Positions 1-12,689 of a DNA stretch of 64,000 nt are shown in pieces. The stretch's first letter is position 1; every line of letters starts with the position of its first letter. Below the pieces are notes generated by a model. The model worked only from the letters and a program-made list of their open reading frames with translations, searched no databases and was not told the DNA's origin. Made by a program: the position numbers and the translations under genes. The stretch lies in contig CM052830.1 in assembly GCA_028534125.1 (NCBI GenBank), forward strand, positions 23,932,001 through 23,996,000, given 5' to 3'. The stretch is from Lama glama (Eukaryota).

Positions 1-639
1 AACTGAAGTCCAAGTGCTCTTTTTTGCATTCATTCTGTCACGTCTTTTGCTAGGATCCCCGCGGCTCAGCCCATTTTCTTAATTTAATCAGCTCTGTCCT
101 TGGCTGGAGTCAGCATTTCCCCCTTTTGCTCTCGCTCTCGCTCGCGTCCCAGGCGCCCGGTTGTCGAGGGGACTCCTCTCCCTTCCCGGAGCGCTCGGCA
201 TGCTCAGACCTCCCCTGGGCGAGCGAAGCACCTGCTCGCCCGCGTCTGATGGCCCTGGGCGGCACGCGGGTCGGCCCCTCTGTCCTCCTCCCCCAGGTGG
301 GGCCCCCCGGGGCCCAGGACAGTGCTGCCCGTCTTTGACTCTCCCGACTTTGGGAGAGGAAAGTAAATGTGGAAGCAAGTGTCAGAGAGAGTTTGTGTGT
401 TGCCTGGCCTAGAACCTCAGAGCCTTTCCAGAAAGGGGCCAGCTTGCGCAGGACGGGGGGAGTCGAAAGGAAGTCTTCCCCACACGCCTGGAAGGAAAGC
501 TGCGGTTGCCTGAAGGACACTGAGACAAGAGCGGTGCTGTCCTTGGGCATTTGGAGGGACATGTGACCCAAATGGCCACCTGCCCACCTGAGCTCCCCAG
601 GTGACCTGCCCCGAGTGGCCTGTCCTGGCGGCATCTGAC

Positions 640-1015
640 CACAGGGTGGGTGGGCGTCTGACCCAAGCCTGGACTAGCTCCTGCGAGCTCAGGGTTCGGA
701 ACTGGGTCACGGAGACTTTGGGTAGTTCCGGTTGGAACTTGAACTGGTGGGTCAAGGTGACCACTTTCTGCTGTGTATGTCGGGGAGAGAAAGGCAAATG
801 TGAGAGAGAGAGAGAGAGAATATTGAAGCAGACGAGAAGGTCAGAGGAAGCTGGAGACAGGAGATCACTGGGCCCCCTGAGAAGGGGAAAAGGAAGAGAA
901 ATCCTTGGGCCAGTTTCCCTCACTTCCTGGCCTTGGCCCCTGGCATAGTTCCTTGAATCCTTACAATAAACTCCCTGTTTTACGTAAGGCAGTCAAGCTT
1001 CTGTTCCTTGGGAGT
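640..1015 (+). mobile_element. Ancient ERVL-MaLR (MLT1J/K-like) LTR remnant
   Basis: 'gggtgggcgtctgacccaagcctgga' at the 5' side and 'caataaactccctgttttacgtaaggcagtcaagcttctgttccttg' at the 3' side resemble recalled old MLT1 LTR motifs; contains a (GA)n tract at 802-819. Confidence 0.45.
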
Positions 1016-1150
1016 AAATGATCTCTGCCTGAGACGCTCATGACTGCCTTAACAACTTGACCTCATTTACTGATGCATGCAATTTTTTTTTAATTTTTAA
1101 AAAGGAAAATCTGATGGAAAAAAGCTGCTAATTTCTCCTACTTATTTTTT

Positions 1151-1520
1151 GTACAAGAGATTTCTAGTTGCTTACCCAGTATCCATTCTCCTCTTTTCGT
1201 GACAGAATCGCTATATTTTGGGAGTGGCAACATACCAGCTAAAATGCTACATACCCCAGGCTATCCTGCAGCCGTCGTGGCTGCAGGAGCAGAGAGTAGA
1301 AGTTATTGGGTAGGCCTCCAGGAAATCCCCTTAAAGGGGGCTGACTAAACTGGCAGGTGATTTCCTTCCTTCCTCCTAGGATCTTCCTGGGACATGAGTG
1401 TGATAGCTGGAGCTGCAGCAGCCACCTTGTGAATAAGAAGATGGAGGCAGAGCTTGCGACTGGCAGAGCAGAGAGCTGGACGGAGCCTGGGACCTGGATA
1501 AAATCACGGACTGCCGTAAG
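1151..1520 (+). mobile_element. ERVL LTR (LTR33/LTR16-like) fragment
   Basis: 'tagttgcttacccagtatccattctcctc...ggcaacataccagctaaaatgctacataccccagg...tgatagctggagctgcagcagccaccttgtga...ggcagagcagagagctggacggagcctggg' follows the recalled consensus order. Confidence 0.7.
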
Positions 1521-2189
1521 CAGTCAGCAAATGGTTGGCTCTGGTCTACCCGGGCCTACCAGCCCGACCTCAGGTATAACCTGGGAACCTCAGTCCTGGC
1601 CCCTTCATCCTGATCTGTATCCAGGTGCTACCTTTCCCCATTGGATTCACCCTCCAGACCCCAGAAGCATCCCTTACCAGCCCATTGAGTCAGCTCTCCT
1701 GGCTGCCACTCCCCGCCGACTGACTTGGGTCATTGTCCCTGGTCTTCATGGCAGCCTGTCCTTCCTGCTTGACCTATCCACCCCAGGTTGGAGGGTGACA
1801 CCACCCAGCTGCCTGTACTGAGACCCAGAACCACGCCCAGAAATCCAGTTGTTAGGGCTGTTAGGCGAGACCCTGGGCTGGGCACAAACTGGAGACCCCA
1901 GAGCTGATCCTAACCCGGGGCTTCCTAGCTCTGGTACAAGTTCCTAAGCCAGCCGTGTGGGAGAATGGCAGCCCTTCTCTCGTGGCACCCCGCCTCCCAC
2001 CACACCCCTCAGAGGACCGCCCTGTCCAGGTGGCTCCACTGCTGATCAGCTCTGACAGGCATTCCTTCTCTCCCCTCATCGCCACCTCCTGGGCTGTTCC
2101 CCACCCCTCCTTGAGCTCGCCCTGCCACCTGCTTGCCTCCAGCCCCAGCGCCACTTGGCAGTCGGCAGTCGGAGGGGCTTTGGCAGAGT

Positions 2190-2345
2190 AGGCATCAGAA
2201 TCCCCTGGGGGCTTATTAAAACACAAATTGTGGGCTCTGCCCCTGGGGCTCCTGATCGGTAGGCAGGATTGGGGTGGGCCCAAGAATCTGCGTTTCTAAC
2301 ACACGCCCAGGTGATGCTGCCGGCCAGGGGTCACACCTGGGGGCC
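2190..2345. mobile_element. MER5A-like hAT-Charlie DNA transposon
   Basis: 'gcatcagaatcccctgggggcttattaaaacacaaattgtggg...gggtgggcccaagaatctgcgtttctaacac...ccaggtgatgctg'. Confidence 0.85.
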
Positions 2346-2599
2346 CCGCGCGACGGGGACCTCGAGCAGCCAGCCTGGAGCCACTGCCACCCCTCAGAGG
2401 CGGAGGAGGTGGCCCTGGTTGGCACCACCAAGCTGGGTGGCCACGGTCGGATGCCCAGGAAAGTGACGCCACCTCACCCCCCCCAGAGGAGGGCTGGCAG
2501 CATCCCCCGGCGCTCGCCCCACACCCGCATCCCGGTGCAGCTGGAGCCTGGCTCCATTCAGCTGCCTTTGCAGTCCCTTCCTAAAACCCTGGAAAAGAG

Positions 2600-2870
2600 G
2601 GAGGAAGATTTAAAATCCTTACTCTGCACTACAGAAGAAATATTAAGGAATTATGTCGCCTCAAACCCTATATATGCAAATGTACTCATTTGAATAACTG
2701 CCAATTTACATGCCTCATCAAATTAGGTATTCAGATTCTCGCCTGTGTCTGCATGGTTGCTCCTCTTCCTGGTTCGGGCTTAAATAGTCACACGAAGGCT
2801 GAGCTGCCGGCTTCCCTTCTGGGCCCCTGCCTCCTTCGACCTGGAAGGAACAATTAGGGATTCGTCTTCT
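2600..2870. promoter_or_regulatory. Candidate conserved enhancer (AT-rich island with octamer)
   Basis: Non-repeat AT-rich block in GC-rich background; ATGCAAAT at 2674-2681 and several ATTA/TAAT cores. Confidence 0.4.
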
Positions 2871-3319
2871 GGAGCATCACTTGTCCCTTTGATGGTTAGG
2901 CTGGCCCTCTTTTTTGTTGTTTCTGTCCTAGTAACACGCCATCTCCTCCCATGTGGGGCTCTTGAAAATACGTGTCTATTTCAGTCCCCCTGGGTTCCGC
3001 CACGCCCCGGGAGGTGGCGGGGGTGTAGAGGGGCCCACACTTGGCATGGTGGGGAAACCGAGACTTGAGGTTACAAACCTGCAAACTCAGATTCAAGCCT
3101 GGGGTTTGGGGCTCAGCGCTCAGGCCTCTCTGTTCTGCCACAATTGTCCTGTGCGCTTGCTCTTTTTCAGCCCCAGGAGATCAAAATGGGTGATGGTTTG
3201 AAGCTCCTTTAAAGCTCTTTTGTTCTTTTCAAAGAGTTCTCGAAACAGCAGCAAAGCCTTTTGCTCGGTTGCTTTCTGACGACCCCTGGGGGCCGTGGAG
3301 ATGGCTGCTCTTCCCCAAT

Positions 3320-3370
3320 ACACAGATGAGGAAACTGAGGCCTGAAGTGACAGGGCGGTTGGAATCAGAG
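3320..3370 (-). mobile_element. MIR core fragment
   Basis: 'acagatgaggaaactgaggcc' MIR core. Confidence 0.75.
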
Positions 3371-6065
3371 CAGCAACGCACACCAGGTCCTGCTCTCCCG
3401 CTGTGATGTGAGGCCAGCTTATAGGTGGCTGTTAGCACCTCTCCCAGCCCTGACTCAATGACCTCGCGTGGGCAGCTTGACCAATTAGAGATCGACCACG
3501 GTGCATTTACAGCCGGGGATCAGCAAACACTAAACACCGGCGCACCCCCCAGCCCAAGTCCATATTCACCCCTCACAGAGAAGGTGTCCAGGAGAGAAAG
3601 CAGCCTCCTTCTCCAGCCTTCCTCGCATCTTCATGGCTACCGCCCTCGGCGTCGCACCCTCACCCCGAGTCAGGCCAGACGCCCCCCGCAGAGGTGGCCA
3701 AACACCCGAGGCTGCCTTCCTCCTTCATCCGACGGACCAGTCACCTGCTACTGGGCCTCCTTCCAGCTCCTGTCAGTTCCTGAGGGATCTGCAAGGTCCC
3801 GGAAGACTGCAGAGGTGCTGCCCCCGTTCCAGAATGGCACACCAGCCGCACACTGCCTCACCATGTCTCTTTGACCTTGGAGCCCCGGGCCCCATGAGCT
3901 GGGACACTCAGCATCTGCCCACTCCTCCCTGTCTCACTGGCTCAGGGCCCTGATGAGTCCTTCGTCCCTGGAGATGTTCACGGTGAGGCTGGACAGACAC
4001 GTGGCCAGGTTGCTGCAGCGTCAAATCCAGGCATTGTACGGAAGGTAAGGCCACGTGTCTGGACCGGAGAAGCCGTGACTGTCCTCTTTGCGCTTGACTC
4101 TTGACCTTCCCCGACCTTTAGAAGCTGCTGCCCTCTCTCTGCTGCCTCTTCTCTCCCAGCTTGCCCCGATCCAGGGCCAGTGTGGGCTGTCTGGGTACCG
4201 CCGTGGAGGCTGTCCCCTGAGCTCAGAACCTAGCCCTCAGACAGGGCCACTGAAGGCTCGGATTTCCCACTGACGTTCCCACCAGCAGAAGCTCCCCTCT
4301 GGAACGGGACGCTCGCTCCAGAAGGCCTCTGTTCCCAGGCTGGCGCGGCCTCATCAGCCTCAAGGACGCAGCAGGCCAGTCACACGAGGAGCATTGGGCT
4401 GGGAGGCGCTGGGAGATGCGGCTCTGAGGAGGCCTTTCCCCTGTGGGGTCGCTGTTCTTGTCCCTGGGCTGTAAATACCAGGAAAGGGCTCTGGGGAGTG
4501 AACGGTGTGAATTCCTTCCTTTCCTGAGGTCTATGGCCCATCCCAGCTCCAAGCACCCCCGCTCCCGCCCAGTCTTCGCATCGCTGGGGAGTATTTTATC
4601 AGCTCTCCAGTACAGGATGGAATCCTTCAGCAGAAGAGACACAGATAGCTGCACTTTAACGGAGGTGGGAGGAAACCTTTGGTGCGTTTGGGGTTTATTT
4701 GCATATAACTCACCCTCCCCCCACCCCCGCTTCCTGAAAGTATTCGAGGCAGTTTACGATATTAAAACATATAATAAGGCAGCCAGAAGTAAAACCAGGA
4801 AGAGGCTTCCTGAGCCACTTAGAGAGCTGGGAGAAAGCACTCTCCAGGAAGCACTGGAGTAAGATCTGGTTTACGCCGAGCCTCCTGGCAGCCAAAGCAA
4901 AATGAAGTAACCACAGAAAGGTAATGGGTAATTTGGGGACCCTTGTAAAGGGAAACCTGGCCCTTCCCTGGCGGTGGGGATGATGCCTCAGGATGGGGCT
5001 CACCACCTCACCTTTTACTCTGTCTTCATCCTGGTAATGCCGGCTCTCCCCGGTTGACCTCAACTAAAGCCCAGAAATTACGATCATGCCTGTGATGTTT
5101 CCAAACCAGCTTCATAAATAAACATGGGCACAGAGGAGGAATTCCCCAAAGGAAGTTAGGAAATCAGAGTTGTGTTTTTAGTAAGGAGCCGGAATGCAAA
5201 TCCCGCAGCTGCTGCCTCTGCCTGTAAATAGGAGGCGGAGGGATTTGGTGGCTGTTTGCGACAACCGAGCGTGGCCTAGACCGAAATAGTCCAGGGTGTT
5301 TGGGCTGGGGGTTAGGCACAGATAGACCTGAGGTAACGCGCTTTATGCAATGACTTTGTCTGGAAACATCGTGGGCCAACTGGTCCCTTGTAAAGCGAGC
5401 ACTAGTTTACACGCACGCAGGCGGGCATCCATTCAAGAACTCCGTTGGCTGATCTTTTGTTGAAGTTTACAAACGTGTCTCCTTTAACCTTTGGTACAGG
5501 TGGCTTCCTAGTGGCTGCCCTGATTGAAGCCACGTTACCGTCCACGTTAAACAGGAGTCAGTCTGCTTCCTCGTGCCTCGATGGCCGCTAAAGGCCTGCA
5601 CGCCCTCCCCTCTTCTGGCCCACACTCCATCCTGCTCCATCTCTTGAGTAAACCAGCTTTTAGTTGACAGCAGCCGAGTGAGGAAAGGGACACGGGGCGC
5701 TTTGGGAGGACCCGTGCTGCCCTCAAGGTGGAGACGGACCTGCCGGCTGCGAGCGCAGCCCTGCAGACGGTCAGCCGGGCGCCCGCAAATCTCCGCCCGC
5801 GGGCGTCTGCCGAGGCCGCAGCTGGGTGCAGGAGCCAGGAGCCTGCTGCCGGTGGAGGGGCTCGGCGAGCAGGACGCCACTTCCAGAACAATTTTCAAAA
5901 GCCTGAGCTAATCATACGGAGCCGTTCATTAGAGCCGCGATTTTGTCTGCCGTCAGCCCCTTTCCTCAGAGAACGTCTCACTTATGCGTGGCAGACTGCG
6001 GGGTTCCCCACACGTGTCCAGCCTGGTTCGGGGGCTCTCTCCCTGGATGCCCCCTTTCTTCTTCT

Positions 6066-6256
6066 AGCGCTTCTCAGTGGAGGTGATTTGCTCCCCAGGG
6101 GACATTCAGTAGCGTCTGGAGACACCTGTGGTCTTTGTGACTTGGTGGGGGGCCTGCTGGTGGTGTCCAGATGGAAGGGCCCTCAGGGCACAGGACAGTT
6201 CCGCGGCGAAGACGTACGTGGCCCAAGTGTCAGCGGCGCCCGGCTGAGAACGTCCA
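6066..6256. mobile_element. MER20 hAT-Charlie DNA transposon
   Basis: 'ttctcagtggaggtgatttgctccccaggggacattcagtagcgtctggagacac...cacaggacag...ggcccaagtgtcagcggcgcccggctgagaa' is collinear with the recalled MER20 consensus. Confidence 0.85.
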
Positions 6257-6889
6257 GGCAGCTGGGACTCGCCCTCCAGCCTCAGCAAGGAGAAGCTCCC
6301 GCTGAGGAAAGGCTGCCTTGACCACCGCCCCGCAGCTGTGCGGGGAGCCCCGGCCAGCAGAGCGCCGGGCCCGGGGCTCTGATGAGCATGGGCCCTTGTG
6401 CAGTCTTCCTGCCTGGCCCTGCTCTTTCTTTGCCTGCCCGAGCCGGTTCCCGGCTAGCAGGCATGCCTCAGTCCCCCTCCTGTGACAGAGGGGCACAGAC
6501 CCTCCCAGTGCTCACCTTGCTCGGCCCTGAGTGCCCGTCCCGGGTGACAGCTGTCCACTTCGTAACTGGCCTCAGCGTCGACAGCTGAAGGGCAGAGAGC
6601 AAGTGAGATTAACTCCACTCCAGACAAACCGGGGGAGGCAGAACCTCGTTAGAGAATGCCTGTCAAATAGAACGCCTGCTAGAAATGACAGCCACAATGT
6701 AATGAATTCCCAGAGAAGAGCCTCCTCCTCAGGGCTGTGCACTTGTGCCCTCCCGGCTGCTTCTCCTTTCCCGTCACCACAGTCCCTCCGAGCTGGCTGA
6801 TGTGCCCCCGAGTGACAGCAGGAGCCAGGTAAGGGGTGCCTGAGGCATCGGCCCGGGACTCTGGCGACCCAGGGACCAGGATGGCCCTC

Positions 6890-7005
6890 GTGGCCATGTG
6901 ACCCTGCACAAGTGTCCTTACCGATCTGAGCCTCAGTTTATCCATCTGTCCAATGGGATGATAATACTCAGGCTACTTCGTAGAGTTATTAGAAAATCAA
7001 TGGAA
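6890..7005 (+). mobile_element. MIR SINE
   Basis: 'tgtgaccctgcacaagt...ctgagcctcagtttatccatctgtccaatgggatgataata'. Confidence 0.85.
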
Positions 7006-7029
7006 AAGGGGAAGAACCAAAGGAAGCAG

Positions 7030-7190
7030 CTAATGTCTGGGACCCTATTATATGCTAGGCCCTTTGCAAACATCATTACACTATTCTTCATGCCGATTCC
7101 TCCATTCTTCAGAGGGGAAACTGAGGCTCAGAGATGTTGCAGATGCTCATGGTCCCATGGTGGTGATACGGGAATGTGAGCCCAAGTCCG
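7030..7190 (-). mobile_element. MIR SINE
   Basis: 'ccattcttcagaggggaaactgaggctcagaga...gggaatgtgagcccaagtc'. Confidence 0.8.
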
Positions 7191-7669
7191 CCCAACGCCG
7201 AGGACCACGCTCTGCCTTCCACACTGCACCGTCTCCACTGCCGGACCGCGTGGGAAGCCTGGCCACATGCAAGCCTTTCCCAGAACTGCCTCCCCAGCAC
7301 ATGCTTTCATCCTTTATTAAGGGCCAGAGGGTGTGGGACTGAGGCTGTCCTGGAGGAGGAGAGGAAAGAGAAAGCTGTGTGTGCTGGCGGAGGTGGGATT
7401 AGAGCCGGGCCTTGGAGGATGAGGCGGAGGAGCAAGGAGGGCATCCCGGACAGGAAGAAGGATGAGGCCACAGGCGCAGCCGCTGGGATGGGTGTGGGGG
7501 GCGGGGCGGCCGTGGGAAGGGCGCCTGACTAAAGCGGCAAGGCGGGGGCCACGTGGGCAGTGATGCAGAAAGAGTCGGAGAGGTAGGTGTGTTGGTGGAT
7601 AGGCCATCTTCTCCATCCTCAACCCGTGAAATGCAGCTCTCAGATCCCTCATTCGCATTCTGGGGTCAA

Positions 7670-7790
7670 TGACAGGCTAATCAAAAGAAAAATTTTAAAG
7701 TAGAACCTTTGGAGATAATTAGCATTTTAATTGGGATCAATGCTTCAGGCGAAAAGAAGGAGGCTTTAATGGTGGGATTCCAGGCAGCAG
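7670..7790. promoter_or_regulatory. Candidate conserved enhancer (homeobox-motif island)
   Basis: AT-rich non-repeat block with TGACAG, CTAATCA, ATAATTAG and TTTAATTG. Confidence 0.4.
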
Positions 7791-8254
7791 CTGGCAGGTC
7801 CGGTGGGAGCTGGGGTGCTGTCTTGCCACAGGGAAGCAGCCGGGCCCTCCTCCTCCCCCCCGACCGGCCCACTCAGTTAGCCTCACTGGTTCCTCCCCTA
7901 CAGCAGGCTCTTCCCGCGGGTGCTTTAGGCACTGCATCTCATTTAAGTCTCTGAGCAGCCCGAGTGCTAGCGACAAGTTAGTTCCACCTGTCCACTCGCA
8001 GGCTGCCCAGGGTCTGTTCAATCCCGTTTGCAGACATGGCAACTGCAGGCGAGACTTTGGAGTTCCTTGTGTAAGCGCCTGTGACTAAGCCGGACTGACG
8101 CCAGTTTTCAGATCCGCTCGACTCCCCGTCTGGTGCTCTTCTGCTGATGGCTCTTGGCCTGATGGAGAGAACAAAGGGGAGGTCCATGTCCCCTGCCCCA
8201 GGCCCGTGTTGGGTCTCAGTTCTCCGGAGTCACTATGAGGGCCAGCAGGCCTGG

Positions 8255-8560
8255 AGAGCAAGGAAATTGACCAAAAAGTCAATTTCCAATCATTGAAGTT
8301 TCTCAATTTAAGGACCACATTACAAAAAAAGGTATTACCCATTTCATATGGAAATCATTCTAAAATATGGTTATTTCCTGCTCTGACAGGCGGCACTTAG
8401 GGGACCCAACGTGTTGGTCTAGAGCGAAGGAGGGACCTGGAGCGTGAAGGCCTCTGTAGTTTTTGACCTTGGCCTGCTCGGGTGGGCAAAATCCATGACT
8501 CATCCGCCTGATTAATTCCCATTTTCCAGGAAATGAGGGGAAGGCAGAAAAATAACTGGA
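8255..8560. promoter_or_regulatory. Candidate conserved enhancer
   Basis: AT-rich non-repeat block; 10-bp inverted repeat at 8262-8287, TGACAG, AP-1 TGACTCA at 8496-8502, TGATTAAT. Confidence 0.4.
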
Positions 8561-9717
8561 GGGTGAGATAGAGAGAAGCGTACCCATCGTGGAGACCCCT
8601 TGCTAACCTGGAAGCGGTGGCTTGCCTGTCGGCGGCCTCTGAGCAGTCTCCGGCGTGCCGGGTGGTGACGCTGCACATCGTTCACCCGTAAGACCGTCGG
8701 GGGAGGGACTGCTGCTTATGCTTTCCACTCGGTCGGCAGCCCGTGAAGAGCCCCCCAGCCCCCAGCGGGAGTCCTTCCCGAGCCCTGCCCCGTGGACCCC
8801 TGAGCCGCCCAGCACACACCCCTCCTGCCTAATGCACCCCAGGCTCCCGCTTGGGTGCAGCCCTGGAGGGGCTCTCGAGTGGAGGTGTAGCTCACCAGCT
8901 AGGAGCAGACCCCGGGCCCAAGCTGAGCCACCGCTCCGCCTGGGGCTCTGCTGCTGGAGCAGGTGAGAAGCTGGGCAGGGTCCCAGAGCACCCCTGCCCA
9001 CCAGTCCTACAGCCTGAGACTCAGGCCGTGCCGGCTTGGCGTGCGCTCTGTTTCCCGGGCTGGTTCCCCTTCTGCAAACTTCCTGCCCCGCTTCCAGCAA
9101 GGGCCCCGCCTCTCCCAGCGGCCCGGAGCCGTCGTGGTTTGCAGCTAGTGCTGCCCTGTCCTTGCTCGCTGCAGGCTGTCCTGGTGCCGTCTCTCCCTGC
9201 TGTCAGCCTGCTGGCCTTCAGAAGGCCTCCCCTCCTGGTCGGTGCGCCTCCTAATGCCGTGGGGTGGACAAGGCCTCAGCTAGCTCGGAGGCACATGCAA
9301 AGTGGGAGTCTGTGGGATCCAAACAGGGCGCGGGATCAGCTGCACGATCCATCAGCACATGTCCGTGCGCTCCTGCTCCAAGGCCGGTGCCAGTCCCAGG
9401 AGGTGGGGTGGGTCAGGCTGCGAGACGGGCAGTCCCCAGGCAGCAGGGGGAGGCTCTGTGCTCCCCTCGGTCGTATCGACCGCCCTGGCCTGGGGAGCTC
9501 CCCACTGAAAGATCTGGGGGTTAAAACAGTGTCCCTTTGGGGCCCTTTGATCTGGAGCCTGAGTGCAATTTATGGGAAATTTAAAATAGCCTTTTATCTT
9601 CACAACAGGAAGCTAGGTTGTGATTGAGGCTCCCTCCTGCACGGATGCCGGGCTGGTTTGGGCACATGAGCCCCGTCTAGAAGGAGGTCCTGAGTGCAGG
9701 GAGCCAGCCCTAAGCCT

Positions 9718-9802
9718 CACATTCTTATTTATGTGTTTCTCTGTTTAATGGGCGTTTTTGAGCCCCTTCTATGTGCCAGGTCAAGTGCTGGACACTCTAG
9801 GT
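9718..9802 (-). mobile_element. L2 3' end fragment
   Basis: 'tttttgagccccttctatgtgccaggtcaagtgctggacact' resembles the L2 tail read in reverse. Confidence 0.6.
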
Positions 9803-11509
9803 GATCCTCAGAGCCTCCGCAACAGCAGGCTCCCTCCTGGGAGGCAAGGTCAAGGCGCTCGGCCCCACCCCAGGTCGGAGCAAAGTGTTTCCTGCCCAGC
9901 TCGTGGCTGCGCTTTACCCAGAAGACGCCCAACTCCCTCTGGCTCTGAAGTTCTATGGCCAGTCTGCTTGGGCGTGCCCCACTGTCTGGACCCTGATGCC
10001 ACTCCCAAAACACAGCTCAGAGCTAAGGTCGGCATCAGGAAACAAACACTGTATCCTTTATCCCGCCTCCCATCGTCCCCAGTTCCATCCTCAATGCCAG
10101 GCAAGAAATGGGCTTAGGGCTTGTTCTGCTGTGGTTTTGTGGGTGGGGGCTTTGTCCTCCCGGCACGGGCGGGTGTGCACTGAGAGGAGGAGAGAGTTAC
10201 ATTAAAAAGGGAAGTTTTGTGTGGGCCATGCTGAACCCAAAGGGATGGCCACCAGCAGGAGAGCGCCGGGCTCTGCACCCTGTTTCTGGACTGAGGGCTG
10301 GGCAGGGCGGTGTCTTTCCCTGCACTCAAGTCTGCACTGTCCTTAAGCCTGGGAAACGGGCCCAGGGACAAGGAGGCCACGGAGCCAAGGAGCCAGCCCG
10401 CTCCAAGCTGGCGGCCCTCTCCTAGCAGCCTGCAGTTTGTAACCCAGGACCCCCAAATTCCCTGCCCGGTGGTCCTGACTGTGCTCCTGGAGCCCGAGGA
10501 AGTTTATTCTGGGGTCCATCTCCCCCAAGGTCTGACCACACTACCGATGTGTGCACCCCTGGGCCCCAGGGGTGGCCTGGGGGCAGCTGTTTGGGAAGAG
10601 GAGGGTGGACCGCAGGTAGAGCGTCTGCAGATGTGACTGCAAGGCCTCTCACCATGTAGGGTACAGCCAGTGTGGACAAGAAGGGGGTCAGGCTGGGGGC
10701 TGGGCACTGCAAACGCTGCATCAGGGGTCTCCAGCCCTGATGACAAAGGACAGGGCATGGCAGAAGGTGCCTTAGTGTCCACGCTGGTTACCAGTGTACT
10801 GATTACTTACTGTTTTCATCAGTTCATAAAACCATACCTTCTAAATACTGCAGCTTAAAGTAGAATTTTAAGAAACATAGCTCCTAGAGATCAGGAACTC
10901 ACAGAAACACTGAGGGAGGGCTTCCTATGAGCTGGTCCTGGGGTGCTGGCCGCCTGGAGCTTGGAGCTGCTTGGGGGAGACGGTGGAACGTGGGGGAGGG
11001 CATGAGTGATGGGATGCTCTGTAAAGGGACGTGCAGGCTTCTGAACAGAGGTCCCAGCGCGGGTGGTCGGGAGGCCTCCCGAGGGAGGGAGCTAAGGTTA
11101 CTGATGGGTGAACCAAGGCCCCGAGAGGCTAAGTGTATTGAGCTCAGAGTGGCTGTCATTATTTGATGACAGTGTTCCTAACTCTGAGAGTAGCGGGCTT
11201 GGGGCCACCCTTTGTGGCCTGGTTTCCACGCTGGAGTACGCAGGGATGCCCCCACCAGCCTGTTTTCATGCAACCAAACAGTTTTGCCCATCATTCGACT
11301 TTGGCTGTGCACTCGCACACACACCTGCCTCCAGTCTGGGTGTGGTGATGAGCCTGAATGGCCTGCCTCCAAGGCATTCGGAAGAAAGGAGACCCGCCAG
11401 CCACTTAACAGGCATCCTCCGCGCAGCTTTGAAATCTGAGGCTGGGCTCCCAGCCCTGCCCGCCTGCGGTTTGCCCCCCCGGGCCTCCCCTGGGAAGCAG
11501 GCCCTGCCG

Positions 11510-12010
11510 CGAAGCTGGATTTGATCAAAGCCTCCGCAAACCCGAGCTGAAGCCGCAGCTCTCGGCGTTATTCCAGTGCTTAATAACTTTCCTCGGCTCC
11601 TCCCTCGCGGAGACCCTGAAAGGCTGCCCGTTCCTCCTCCATCCTCCCTCTGCCTTTCCACATGGTGAGAAGGGGCCTGGGGCGGCGGGGGGCGGGTTTG
11701 ACTTCCCTCCCGTGGTTCGCAGCCATAATCGCCGTGTTCCTAATTTCCACGTTCTGGAAGGCTCCTTACAGTGTAACAAATGCCCTAATTACCGTGTTTG
11801 TGGCCCTAAACGTCGTTTTAAACATGCGGCTCCATTTCCATCACCCGGCAACGTGGCAGGGAAGCCACCAGGAGAGCTTCCCGTGTGCAGAACAGGTCTC
11901 CGGCCTGCCTGGATCTCGAGATTTCAATCTTATCTGGCAGGGAGAGTAATTTGAAATTTAATCATCTTTCCCCCAAGCGAGAATGCCTTATTATTGCTTT
12001 TCTAGAGAAA
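11510..12010. promoter_or_regulatory. Candidate conserved enhancer
   Basis: Palindromic TCF/LEF-like TTTGATCAAAG at 11520-11530, plus CTAATTA, GTAATTT and TTTAATCA; non-repeat. Confidence 0.4.
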
Positions 12011-12689
12011 AGAACAGGCCCAGAAATCCATCCCCAGATTTGGGGGTGGAGGTGGCGGGAGGGGGCGCATTAGGCTGTGACTGCATGGCGGCCGCACTGG
12101 AGGGCTGTCCGTGGGACAGTCGTCGTGGCTGCGTTCAGCTGGAACCAGCAGAGCTGCTCTGGCAGAACCAGCGGCACAGGCAGGCCTGGCGAGGCCCTCC
12201 CGTCCGAGAGCCCTGGCCTCCAACAGCCTGTCTCGTGCTTTCCACAGGGAGGGCTTTCTCCCCTCCCTTGTTGAAAGCGGCCGCCTTGGAGAGATGGTAC
12301 CCGGGTTAGCCGGCAGGAGCTCAGGGGTGCCGCCTGGTCCCCAGGGTCCCCAGCTGCTCAGTGAAGGGGCTTTAGCCTCAGCCTGCGGCCGAGTAAGAGA
12401 AATAAGAATGTAGGAGGTTTCTGATAAAAGCAGATTCTGTCTGTGGATGGTGGAGGAGAAAGGAGGTTTGACTGCGTGGAGCCAGAAGCTAGTCTAAGGA
12501 AGACTCTGCCTGTCATCAGCTGGGTACACGTCTAAGTAGAGAATCTGGTTCTCATCATTTCTGGCCCAAACGGAAGGTCTTCCCCGCCTGGAATGCACTT
12601 GTCAATCCCGCGTATACAGTCGTGAGCACCCCACACGCTGCCAGCTCACCTGCGCGGGAGACTGGGTGGAGGTTCCCCCAAATCGGGCA

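Noticed and set aside
3950-4050. CTGATGAG (hammerhead-like core) and a strong splice donor AAG|GTAAG at 4044/4045
   Set aside because: No stem II-GAAA or flanking helices for a ribozyme (same for CTGATGAG near 6379 and 19447); no supported acceptor or reading frame for an exon.
8851-9627. 258-aa ORF and other 200-290-aa ORFs (16055-16915, 23271-23984, 48436-49185, 60311-61066)
   Set aside because: No domain similarity I can recognise, overlapping ORFs in several frames, mostly non-ATG starts.
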